37,310 nt of DNA from a virus (taxonomy: Duplodnaviria > Caudoviricetes), in the IMG/VR virus record IMGVR_UViG_3300023283_000354, positions 1-37,310 of that record, one strand, 5' to 3'. A model generated the notes under the pieces. That model saw only the letters and a list, made by a program, of their open reading frames with translations. It did no database searches and was not told where the DNA came from. Numbering within the stretch: position 1 is the stretch's first letter; the number at the start of each line of letters is the position of its first letter. This document shows positions 9,096 to 16,409 of this stretch, one piece after another. The translations under genes and the position numbers were made by a program.

Positions 9096-9854
9096 TCACG
9101 GGGTGGACTCGGACGAACGGCGTTCGTCGGCGCGGCGGGCGGCGATGTCGACGGCCGCGCGATCGACTTCGGCTTGGAAATGGCGCCCCGTGGCCACCCA
9201 CGCCGGATAACGTTCCGGATCAGAGGCATGCAGGTCCCGAATGGCGGGAATCAGGCTGCCCAGGGCGTCATGCACCGCGTCGACGCCGTGCTGGGCAACC
9301 AGGGCGAACAGCAGGTCGTCGGCGAACTGGCGGTCGCCGTGGACGTTGGCGGCGTGGTGCAGCAGCGCGTAGAGCAGCACGGCGGGCAGCGCGAGAGGCT
9401 GGCGGTCGGACAGCAGCACGCGGCCCTCCGGCGCCGTGGGGTGGCGGTCGCTCTGGTGGCGCAGGTTGACCGTCACGTGGGGCCGGTCGGGCAGGGTGGC
9501 GGCGCGCCGCGGCAGCACCCGCGACAGTCGGGGCGTCGTCTCGGGCAGGTAGAAGGCGACGGGGCCGTCCTCGGTGTCCCACTTGGCGGCAATGACGGCG
9601 CCCTCGGGCGGTGTGGGCTGCCAGGCGTCGAGCAGGTCGTCGGCGTCGTCATAACGGTCGAGGAGGTCGGGCGCGACATTCTGCATCAGGAGGACGCCGC
9701 ACGGCTCGCCGTAGTGGAACCGGAAGTTCGTCTCGCTCAAGAGGTTGCAGTCCTCCGGCAGCACCAGCAGGCCGCGCCAGCCGTGCCACCAGTCGGTCGA
9801 TACCCAGGTGTCGTCGAGGACGGGGGCGGGATTCGTCGTGTGGCTTGGGGACAT
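9096..9854 (-). CDS. Hypothetical phage protein (252 aa)
   Basis: GAGAGAGG RBS, protein-like composition, packed in the leftward operon. Confidence 0.7.
   Translation of the reverse strand: MSPSHTTNPAPVLDDTWVSTDWWHGWRGLLVLPEDCNLLSETNFRFHYGEPCGVLLMQNVAPDLLDRYDDADDLLDAWQPTPPEGAVIAAKWDTEDGPVAFYLPETTPRLSRVLPRRAATLPDRPHVTVNLRHQSDRHPTAPEGRVLLSDRQPLALPAVLLYALLHHAANVHGDRQFADDLLFALVAQHGVDAVHDALGSLIPAIRDLHASDPERYPAWVATGRHFQAEVDRAAVDIAARRADERRSSESTP
9114..9126. repeat. 13-bp palindrome CGAACGGCGTTCG
   Basis: Exact copy; arms extend to GACGAAC/GTTCGTC (9112-9128). Confidence 0.8.
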
Positions 9855-9879
9855 AGCCTCTCTCCCTCTCGGGCGTGTG

Positions 9880-10014
9880 TCAGGCGGGCCGGGCGGCCAG
9901 GAGGGCCTGGTGCTCGGCCATGGCGTGGAGGGCGCCCCAGACCCCGGCGAAGACCAGGGCGCAGAGGCCGAGCGCCAGCAGCGCCCGGCCGGCGACGCGG
10001 GCGGCGCGGGTCAT
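9880..10014 (-). CDS. 44-aa single-pass membrane protein (absent from the ORF track)
   Basis: MTRAARVAGRALLALGLCALVFAGVWGALHAMAEHQALLAARPA; ATGA overlap with the upstream stop; fills the gap between neighbours. Confidence 0.6.
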   Translation of the reverse strand: MTRAARVAGRALLALGLCALVFAGVWGALHAMAEHQALLAARPA

Positions 10015-10322
10015 CGCGCGGGCCCGCCATGGCGGCGTTTGACTTGGTCGTAGAGGCGGGCCAGGTCGTGCGGCAGCCCGTGGTCGCCGATGCCGTAGCC
10101 GGCGGCATCCAGGAGCTGCAGCGCGAGCGCGCCGGCCACGCGCGGCGGCACCGCTTCGTCAAAAACCTGCAAGCCGCCCTCGGTGGCCTGCACGCGCACC
10201 GCGTCGCCGTCGCGGGTCACGCGGTACTCCCGCATGCCAAGGCCGTCCGGCGCCTGCCAGGTGACGGTCGTGCCCTGGCGGGTGCGATCCGCAAGGCGGA
10301 TGTCGTGGCGTGGGGTCTGCAT
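10011..10322 (-). CDS. Hypothetical protein, first gene of the leftward early operon
   Basis: GGAGG RBS before ATG 10322; lies downstream of the leftward promoter. Confidence 0.65.
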   Translation of the reverse strand: MQTPRHDIRLADRTRQGTTVTWQAPDGLGMREYRVTRDGDAVRVQATEGGLQVFDEAVPPRVAGALALQLLDAAGYGIGDHGLPHDLARLYDQVKRRHGGPAR

Positions 10323-10390
10323 GGTCGCCTCCGCTATCGGGTCAGGGGCGCCGTCGGCGAATTGAGGGTGTGGCCGCATGGCGTAAGGCT

Positions 10391-10442
10391 AGACTGTCAA
10401 CAGATTGATGTTACTGTCAAGCGAAAACCATCAACACATTGA
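10391..10442 (-). promoter_or_regulatory. PL-like promoter with two operators
   Basis: Minus-strand TTGACA (10420-10415), 18 nt, CAGTCT; palindromes TCAACAGATTGA (10397-10408) and TCAACACATTGA (10431-10442). Confidence 0.65.
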
Positions 10443-10554
10443 GCGTTCGCAACCGAACGGAGAACCGGCAAGCGCAGCAAGCGTGTGCATCGGTGGCGGG
10501 TCCGCGCGCCGGTGGCGCACACTGACGGGCCTGGGCTGGTGGCGGGGCGAAGCC

Positions 10555-11019
10555 ATGGACGCACGGGGCCGGCGGCGGGCCTATATCGATTTCGCGACCA
10601 CGCAGCGCCAGGACCGGCTGGCGTTTCAACGGCGCCACGCGCCGGGGCTCGCGGACGGCCCCGGCGACCTGCCCGCCTACATCGTCGGACAGCTCTATTA
10701 CGCCCAGACGCTGAACGCGCGCGGAATGACAGGGCGCGGGCTGGCGCGGGTGCTGGCGGAGTCGCGGACAACGGTGAACCACCATGTCCGTCGACTGCGG
10801 GCGGCGGGCGTGATCGCGGTGGACGAGGACGGCCTGCTCTACGTCGTGCCGGCGGTAATGGCCGACATCGAAAAAGCGATCGACGATGAGCTGATGAAGG
10901 TCAAGAAGCTGGCGGATATGGCCTTTGAGGCTACGTCAGGCAAAGGTCTGATGGCGGACGCGGAGCACGGCGGCGACCGCCGCGGCCGTACGGACGGCGG
11001 CGCCGGAGGGTCGCAGTAG
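10555..11019 (+). CDS. Winged-helix DNA-binding protein convergent with the repressor
   Basis: MTGRGLARVLAESRTTVNHHVRRLRAAGVIAVDEDG is wHTH-like. Confidence 0.65.
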   Translation: MDARGRRRAYIDFATTQRQDRLAFQRRHAPGLADGPGDLPAYIVGQLYYAQTLNARGMTGRGLARVLAESRTTVNHHVRRLRAAGVIAVDEDGLLYVVPAVMADIEKAIDDELMKVKKLADMAFEATSGKGLMADAEHGGDRRGRTDGGAGGSQ

Positions 11020-11580
11020 CGTGTAGGTGCCGGCTTGCGGACCGTGCTGGAGCGTGGCGAGGTGCTGGGCGCCGTCCTCGGTCTCGACAATGCAGCGCCG
11101 GCCGACCGCCGCGGCCGGATCGGTCTCGGGCTCGCGCGCCACGTACAGGATGTCGCCCGGCGCCGCCCAGGGCGCGGCCGAGTCGTCGACGACCTCGATC
11201 GCCATGTAGTCGGCGGGGTCCTCGCCCGTCGGCGGGGCGGGGAGCTGATCGGCCCCGCCACGGGTGGCGCCGGTCGCCGTCACCGCACCGTCTGCCAGGA
11301 TTCCCCAAACCTCGACACCTCCGGATCCGCCGGTGATTTCCCAGCTCGCCACCGGCCGGCCGAGTAGCCTCGTGGCGGCCTGGGCGAGCTTGCGCAGCGT
11401 CGCCGGGGAAAGCTCCTGCGTGCGCGCCTCGTCGAGGTACGCGTGGAGCGTGCCGAAGGACACGCCCGCCTCGCGGCACCACTTGTAGCGCCGGATGCCG
11501 CGTTCGCGGAGCAAGGCCTCGAATCGGCGCACACTTTCGCGTTGTCGGTCCCTGTCGCGCTGCGTCGTGTTCGTTGTCAT
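10936..11580 (-). CDS. CI-like repressor (XRE HTH + S24-like C-terminal domain)
   Basis: WCREAGVSFGTLHAYL...TLRKLAQA HTH; AIEVVDDSAAP...GDILYV resembles S24; divergent from a Cro-like gene. Confidence 0.8.
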   Translation of the reverse strand: MTTNTTQRDRDRQRESVRRFEALLRERGIRRYKWCREAGVSFGTLHAYLDEARTQELSPATLRKLAQAATRLLGRPVASWEITGGSGGVEVWGILADGAVTATGATRGGADQLPAPPTGEDPADYMAIEVVDDSAAPWAAPGDILYVAREPETDPAAAVGRRCIVETEDGAQHLATLQHGPQAGTYTLLRPSGAAVRTAAAVAAVLRVRHQTFA

Positions 11581-11685
11581 ACATCACCCCCGGCGCATAC
11601 ATGCAAGTGCGGGGTGTCCAAGAATGGGACACGAAACCTGATCGGCGAAGGCCCACAAGGATTTGTGCGACCCCACGTTGTCCCG

Positions 11686-11790
11686 CCTGTCAACATGATG
11701 ACAGGCTACAGGGGTCGGCGCGCGGCCGGTATATCAATCTGCCGAGAATTTTTCCTTGCATGACCCTCAATGCGTTGACAGTATCGCGCT
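11686..11790 (+). promoter_or_regulatory. OR-like region: three operators and a PR-like promoter
   Basis: TCAACATGATGA (11690), TCAATCTGCCGA (11734), TCAATGCGTTGA (11767); TTGCAT (11756), 17 nt, CAGTAT (11779), ending 6 nt before the cro ATG. Confidence 0.65.
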
Positions 11791-12069
11791 ATGTCGACGC
11801 GAAACCCCGACCCAGCCCGAAACGCGCCGGACGTGCCGTCGATCGACGCGGTGCTGGACGGCCTGCGCGGCCGCCTCGCGCGGATCGACAGCCTGTACCA
11901 GTGGGCGCGTGACCGGCGGCTGAACCTGAACACCGTCAAGATGGTGCTGGACCGCCAGGGCAACCCCACGGTCGCGACCCTGCGCCGGATCGAGGCGGCC
12001 CTCGGTCAGGCGGAGGCCGTGGGGACAGGCGACGAAGGCCGGACTGCCGAGGAGCAAAGCCATGGATGA
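11791..12069 (+). CDS. Cro-like HTH regulator
   Basis: LYQWARDRRLNLNTVKMVLDRQGNPTVATLRRIEAAL; divergent from cI. Confidence 0.75.
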   Translation: MSTRNPDPARNAPDVPSIDAVLDGLRGRLARIDSLYQWARDRRLNLNTVKMVLDRQGNPTVATLRRIEAALGQAEAVGTGDEGRTAEEQSHG

Positions 12070-12328
12070 AGACCGGACGACACAGACCCCCGGATGTCTG
12101 GCGTGCGCGCACGCGAGCCGGGCCGCGGCCGTGGACCAGGTCGAGCCCGCGGACATACGCAGCGTCACCGTCGACCCGGAGGGCCGCGACTACGCGGTCG
12201 TCGTGCGTGCGCGCGGCGTGGCCAAGCCCACCGAAATCTACGCGCCCCGCACCGTCAGGGGGGTGACGGCCGTTATCGAGGCGCTGCTGACCGGCCAGCC
12301 GGTGCCGAGACACTATCGGGGACTCTAG
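12062..12328 (+). CDS. Hypothetical phage protein
   Basis: GAGGAG RBS; overlaps the cro stop. Confidence 0.6.
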   Translation: MDEDRTTQTPGCLACAHASRAAAVDQVEPADIRSVTVDPEGRDYAVVVRARGVAKPTEIYAPRTVRGVTAVIEALLTGQPVPRHYRGL

Positions 12329-12329
12329 G

Positions 12330-12518
12330 TCAATGGCCGTCGGGAAACAGCTCGTCGAGTTCGATCTGCACCAGGCGGTCGCCGCGCCGCTTGACCCGGC
12401 AGAATACCAGCGGGACGGCGGCGCGCGTCGCCCCGAAGGTGACCTCGGTGTCGTCGTCGAATTCCCGCAGGTGGCGCCGCAGGTCCCCCAGCGTAATCCG
12501 ATGGCCGTCATCCGACAT
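12330..12518 (-). CDS. Small hypothetical protein antisense to the early operon
   Basis: GAGGGAG RBS; MSDDGHRITLGDLRRHLREFDDDTEVTF...KRRGDRLVQIEL has globular-protein composition. Confidence 0.65.
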   Translation of the reverse strand: MSDDGHRITLGDLRRHLREFDDDTEVTFGATRAAVPLVFCRVKRRGDRLVQIELDELFPDGH

Positions 12519-12691
12519 GGACCGTCTCCCTCGTCGTTGGTGGCACACGCGAGGGTAGCAGGGCCGGGGCGGACTTGCGAGTCCGTCCCGGCCGCGATGG
12601 CGTGGCGTGGCGCAAGCGGGTGGCGCGGCATGGCGGGCCTCCGTGGCGGCGAGCGACCCCGGAACGGTCACACGCGCGGGAGGGCAAGGCC

Positions 12692-13288
12692 ATGACGGAC
12701 GCCTGCATGAACCTGCGGGACCCGGAAGGGCTGCTGGAGGCGATGCGGCCGGTGTTCGGGGCCTGGGCGCGGCGGCGCGCGGTGGCGGAGCTGCAGCGCG
12801 CGACCGGGGCGGCCGAGCGGACGGTCTGGGCCTGGCGGCGGGGCGAGCTGCCGAAGTCGCGGCACATGGCGGCGCTGGCGCGGGTGTGGGGCGAGCCATT
12901 CCTGCGCGAGGTCTTCGCGCCGGCGCTGGATGGGCCGGAGACGATCGACGCCCGGCTGCGCCGGGTCGAGGCCGAGCACGCGGCGATCCGCGCGAGCCTG
13001 CGGGAGGGGGCGCATGTCACGGACGATCTGGTGGTGGCTCGCAAGCGGGCTGACGGGCGCGGCCGAGGGGCTGACGCGGCTGGCGCGGCGGGCCGAGGCG
13101 CGCTGGCGGCGGTCGGGCGCGGGGCGGCGCTGACGCTGTTCGGCCTGGCGCTCGGCGTCGCCGTCGCGCAGGGCGGCGGCTATCTCGACGCCGGCGACGA
13201 CGGGCCGGTCATGCGCATTCAGCGCCCGCGCGGCGGCGGCGCGCCCCGGCGGGCGCCGGTTCCGCGCGCGCGGGCGCGAGAGGTGTAG
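12692..13288 (+). CDS. HTH protein in the CII position, with a C-terminal hydrophobic segment
   Basis: ELQRATGAAERTVWAWRRGELP HTH; GGAGGG RBS; AALTLFGLALGVAVAQG hydrophobic stretch. Confidence 0.6.
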   Translation: MTDACMNLRDPEGLLEAMRPVFGAWARRRAVAELQRATGAAERTVWAWRRGELPKSRHMAALARVWGEPFLREVFAPALDGPETIDARLRRVEAEHAAIRASLREGAHVTDDLVVARKRADGRGRGADAAGAAGRGALAAVGRGAALTLFGLALGVAVAQGGGYLDAGDDGPVMRIQRPRGGGAPRRAPVPRARAREV

Positions 13289-13290
13289 CG

Positions 13291-13530
13291 ATGGCGCGCC
13301 CGAGGCGGCTGCGGCCCGAGCTGACGGCGGTGCTGACGCAGAGCCGCGTCGTGCTGCACGAGCAGGTGGCCGAATGCCAGGCCGCCTTCGAGAGCGCGGA
13401 ACGGCAGGTGCGGCACCAGGCCCTGCACGCCTGCCCCGGCGCGCCCTGGCGGCACTTCGCCAGCCCGGCGCTGTGCGCGCTGCACGACGCCTGGGAGGCG
13501 CTGTTGGCGGCGAGCGGGGAGGGGGAATGA
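13291..13530 (+). CDS. Hypothetical phage protein
   Basis: GAGGT RBS; ATGA overlap with the next gene. Confidence 0.6.
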   Translation: MARPRRLRPELTAVLTQSRVVLHEQVAECQAAFESAERQVRHQALHACPGAPWRHFASPALCALHDAWEALLAASGEGE

Positions 13531-13922
13531 GCTACTGGTATCTGGCGACGCCCTATTCGCGGGCGCCGATGGGCCACGCCGCGGCCTACGAGACGGCGTG
13601 CGCCCTGGCGGCACGGCTGATCCGGGCGGGCATGCCCGTCCTCTCGCCCATCGCGCACAGCCACGGCATCGCCGCGCACGGCAACCTGCCGGCGGTCGAC
13701 GACGGCTTTTGGGCGCGGGCCGACGCGCCGCTGCTGGACGCCGCCCGAGGGCTGGTCGTCGCCCAGATCCCAGGGTGGGACGCCAGCACGGGGGTCGCGC
13801 ACGAAATCGCGGTCTGCCAGGGCGCGGGCAAACCGGTGGTGTACTGGGACCCGGAGCGCCAGGAGCTGCCGGAACTGGATGCCCGTGCCACCGGCGCTGG
13901 CGCGGCCGGCGCGGAGGCGTGA
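13527..13922 (+). CDS. DUF1937-family protein (nucleoside deoxyribosyltransferase-like fold)
   Basis: YLATPYS, SPIAHSH, PGWDASTGVAHEI...GKPV. Confidence 0.8.
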   Translation: MSYWYLATPYSRAPMGHAAAYETACALAARLIRAGMPVLSPIAHSHGIAAHGNLPAVDDGFWARADAPLLDAARGLVVAQIPGWDASTGVAHEIAVCQGAGKPVVYWDPERQELPELDARATGAGAAGAEA

Positions 13923-13925
13923 CGC

Positions 13926-14684
13926 ATGGCCGCCGCCGCACGCAAGTGGGACGCCGAGCGCCTGGAGACCCTGGCGCACCTGCGTGCGCAGGGGGTGAGC
14001 TGGGAGACCTGCGCGCTGGTGTTCGGCAGCAGCGCCAAGGCGTGCGAGCGCGCGCTGGCGAAGCGCGGCCAGCGGCGGCCGGCGGACAACGCGGCGCCGG
14101 CGGCGGCCCCCACCCGGCGCCTGGCGGCGCCGACCTCCCCCGCAGGCGGGGGAGGTGATGGAGAGGCGGAATGCCAAGCGAAAGCGGGCGAGGTCTCGGC
14201 TCCGAGCGAAAACGCGAGTCCATGCGCCGCGTCGGAAGACCCCGCGAGTAGGCCGAGGGACGGCGGCGCGACCGTCCCCGCAACGTCAGCGGAAGGCGTG
14301 ACAGCCGGGAGAGGCCGGCACAGGGACATGCCGCGGCCAGCGGCCGAGACGGCGCCGGCGGACGTGGCGGCCGGTCACCGGGGCGGGGGCCGGAGCGTAC
14401 CAAGCGGGGCTGCGGGGCCGTCCGCCGGCGCCCAGGGCGTACGCGGCCAAGCCCCGCGACCCGCCCCACGCCCTGGCCCCGCGCCGGGGAGTCCCCGGCC
14501 GCGCGGGTTACCGCCCAAGGGGCCGGCGCCGGCGACCTGCCAGTGGATCGACGGCGACCCGACGGCCGGGGCGGACAAGTGCGGGGCGCCGAGCGCGGCC
14601 GGCAAGCCCTTCTGCCCGGCGCACGCGGCGCGAGTCTACCGGGCGCCGACGCGCGCCGAGCGACAAGCGGTGCACGTGCGATGA
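13926..14684 (+). CDS. gcrA: GcrA-like cell-cycle regulator
   Basis: N-terminal WDAERLETLAHLRAQGVS HTH and C-terminal CQWIDGDP...CG...GKPFCPAHAARVY, joined by a long low-complexity linker. Confidence 0.8.
   Translation: MAAAARKWDAERLETLAHLRAQGVSWETCALVFGSSAKACERALAKRGQRRPADNAAPAAAPTRRLAAPTSPAGGGGDGEAECQAKAGEVSAPSENASPCAASEDPASRPRDGGATVPATSAEGVTAGRGRHRDMPRPAAETAPADVAAGHRGGGRSVPSGAAGPSAGAQGVRGQAPRPAPRPGPAPGSPRPRGLPPKGPAPATCQWIDGDPTAGADKCGAPSAAGKPFCPAHAARVYRAPTRAERQAVHVR
14105..14158 (+). repeat. Double-hairpin element copy C (54 nt, in frame in the GcrA-like linker)
   Basis: GGCCCCCACC-CGGCGCC/tggc/GGCGCCG-ACCTCCCCCGC/ag/GCGGGGGAGGT-GA. Confidence 0.88.
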
Positions 14685-15334
14685 CGGCGAGCGCGCATAG
14701 CGGCGTCTTTGCCGGGCTGCGCCCGCCCTATGGCGCCATCCACGCCGATCCGCCGTGGCGGTTCGAGACCTGGGGCGGCGCCGACGGGAACCACAGGGGC
14801 GCCGAGCAGCACTATCCGACCCTGGACAGCGAGGCGCTGCAGGCGCTGCCGGTGGCGGAGCTGGCGGCGCGCGACTGCGCGCTGTTCCTCTGGATCGTCG
14901 ACTCGCACCTGGCGCAGGCGCTGGAGCTGATGGCGGCCTGGGGGTTCGGCTTCAAGACGGTCGCCTTCGTCTGGGTCAAGACGCGGCCGGGCTCGACCTG
15001 CGGCCTGCGGGCCTCAATGGGCTACTGGACGCGCAAGGACTGCGAATTGTGCCTGCTGGGCACGCGCGGCGCCCCGCGGCGGCAGCACAAGGACGTCTGG
15101 CAGGCCATCGTCGCGCCAAAGCGCGAGCACTCGCGCAAGCCGGACGAGGCGGCGCGGCGCATCGAGCGCCTGGTGCCGGGGCCGTACTGCGAGCTGTTCG
15201 CGCGGGCACCGCGGCCCGGCTGGGACGTCTGGGGCAACCAGGTCGACCGCTTCGACCCGGCGGCGCGGCTCCAGAGCGCGCCCGGCGGGCCGGCGCAGGC
15301 GGACCTCGTGCAGTGGCTGGAGGCGCGGGGATGA
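14681..15334 (+). CDS. MT-A70 (IME4-like) N6-adenine methyltransferase
   Basis: IHADPPW, HYPTL, LFLW, AWGFGFKT, MGYWTR, HSRKPDE, ELFAR...GWDVWGN. Confidence 0.92.
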   Translation: MTASAHSGVFAGLRPPYGAIHADPPWRFETWGGADGNHRGAEQHYPTLDSEALQALPVAELAARDCALFLWIVDSHLAQALELMAAWGFGFKTVAFVWVKTRPGSTCGLRASMGYWTRKDCELCLLGTRGAPRRQHKDVWQAIVAPKREHSRKPDEAARRIERLVPGPYCELFARAPRPGWDVWGNQVDRFDPAARLQSAPGGPAQADLVQWLEARG

Positions 15335-15720
15335 AGGGTGGTCCGGCCACGGCGCACCTGGGCCACCACTGCGAGGTCTGCCGGGCCCGGACGGTGCTGA
15401 CGCCCTCGACGCTGCGCGGGTGGTACCGGGGGCGGCTGACCGGGTTCTGCCTGCGGCACTTTCCCGACGACTGGCCGGACGGCGAGGCGCTGCACTACGC
15501 GCGGCGCCGGCGCGAAATGGCCATCCAGCGGGGCCGGCTGCGGCCCGAGGACATCGTGCCGGCGGACGGAACCGAAGCCGCGCCCGGCGCGGTCGGGGCG
15601 GACAGCCGGCGGCGCGCGGGGGACGGGGCGGCGACGGCCGCGCCGGCGAACGGCGTTCGCCGGGCGCCACGGCGGCCAGCGCCGGCCGGTGCGGCAGAGC
15701 GCCAAGGGAGTCTGCTGTGA
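15331..15720 (+). CDS. Hypothetical protein with CxxC/CxxH motifs
   Basis: HCEVC and FCLRH; start/stop overlaps on both sides. Confidence 0.6.
   Translation: MKGGPATAHLGHHCEVCRARTVLTPSTLRGWYRGRLTGFCLRHFPDDWPDGEALHYARRRREMAIQRGRLRPEDIVPADGTEAAPGAVGADSRRRAGDGAATAAPANGVRRAPRRPAPAGAAERQGSLL
15647..15659. repeat. 13-bp palindrome CGAACGGCGTTCG
   Basis: Exact copy; arms extend to CCGGCGAAC/GTTCGCCGG (15643-15663). Confidence 0.8.
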
Positions 15721-16409
15721 GCCGGCCGCGCGCGCTCGACCTGTTCTGCGGCGCCGGCGGCGCGGCCATGGGGCTGCACCGCGCCGGGTTCGACGTGACC
15801 GGCGTCGATATACGGCCGCAGCCGCGCTACCCGTTCGGCTTCGTGCAGGCGGACGCGCTGCGACCTCCGGTCCGGCTCGGCGATTTTGATTTCATCTGGG
15901 CCTCGCCGCCGTGCCAAGCCTATTCCATCGGCAACACGCGTTGGGGCTATGAATATCCGGATCTCATCGCGGAGGTCCGTGCCCTCCTTGCCGATCATCC
16001 CCTGACGACGATCGAGAACGTCCCGGACGCGCCGATCCGGGCGGACATCGTCCTGACGGGGCTCATGTTCGACCTGCCGCTGGTCCGTCGACGGCATTTC
16101 GAGGTCCAGGGGTTCCGGCCGCCGCTCATGCTGTATCGCGAGGCGGTGGGCACGGTCTCGGGCGGCGATCTGGCTTGCGTGGCCGGGCACGGCGCCAATC
16201 GCGGCCGATGGGACCGCAAGTGGTCGGAACTGCCGGCCGGTCTCCGCGCCAAGCTGCGCCGGCGGAACAACAAGGCCGGGTGGTCGGAAGCCATGGGCAT
16301 CGACTGGATGGCCCGTGCCGAACTGGCCCAGGCCATCCCGCCAGACTACGCGGAGTTTGTCGGCCGCGCCGCGCTGCATTCGATACGCGATGGGGAGGTG
16401 GCGGCATGA
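15717..16409 (+). CDS. Short C5-cytosine DNA methyltransferase (GTG start)
   Basis: LDLFCGAGG (motif I), ASPPCQ (IV), IENV (VI), QAIPP (X). Confidence 0.88.
   Translation: MSRPRALDLFCGAGGAAMGLHRAGFDVTGVDIRPQPRYPFGFVQADALRPPVRLGDFDFIWASPPCQAYSIGNTRWGYEYPDLIAEVRALLADHPLTTIENVPDAPIRADIVLTGLMFDLPLVRRRHFEVQGFRPPLMLYREAVGTVSGGDLACVAGHGANRGRWDRKWSELPAGLRAKLRRRNNKAGWSEAMGIDWMARAELAQAIPPDYAEFVGRAALHSIRDGEVAA

Noticed and set aside
12333-12695. + strand 120-aa ORF bridging the antisense mini-gene
   Set aside because: It is codon-aligned antisense to the better-supported 12330..12518 gene, lacks a clear RBS and crosses a hairpin/repeat tract.
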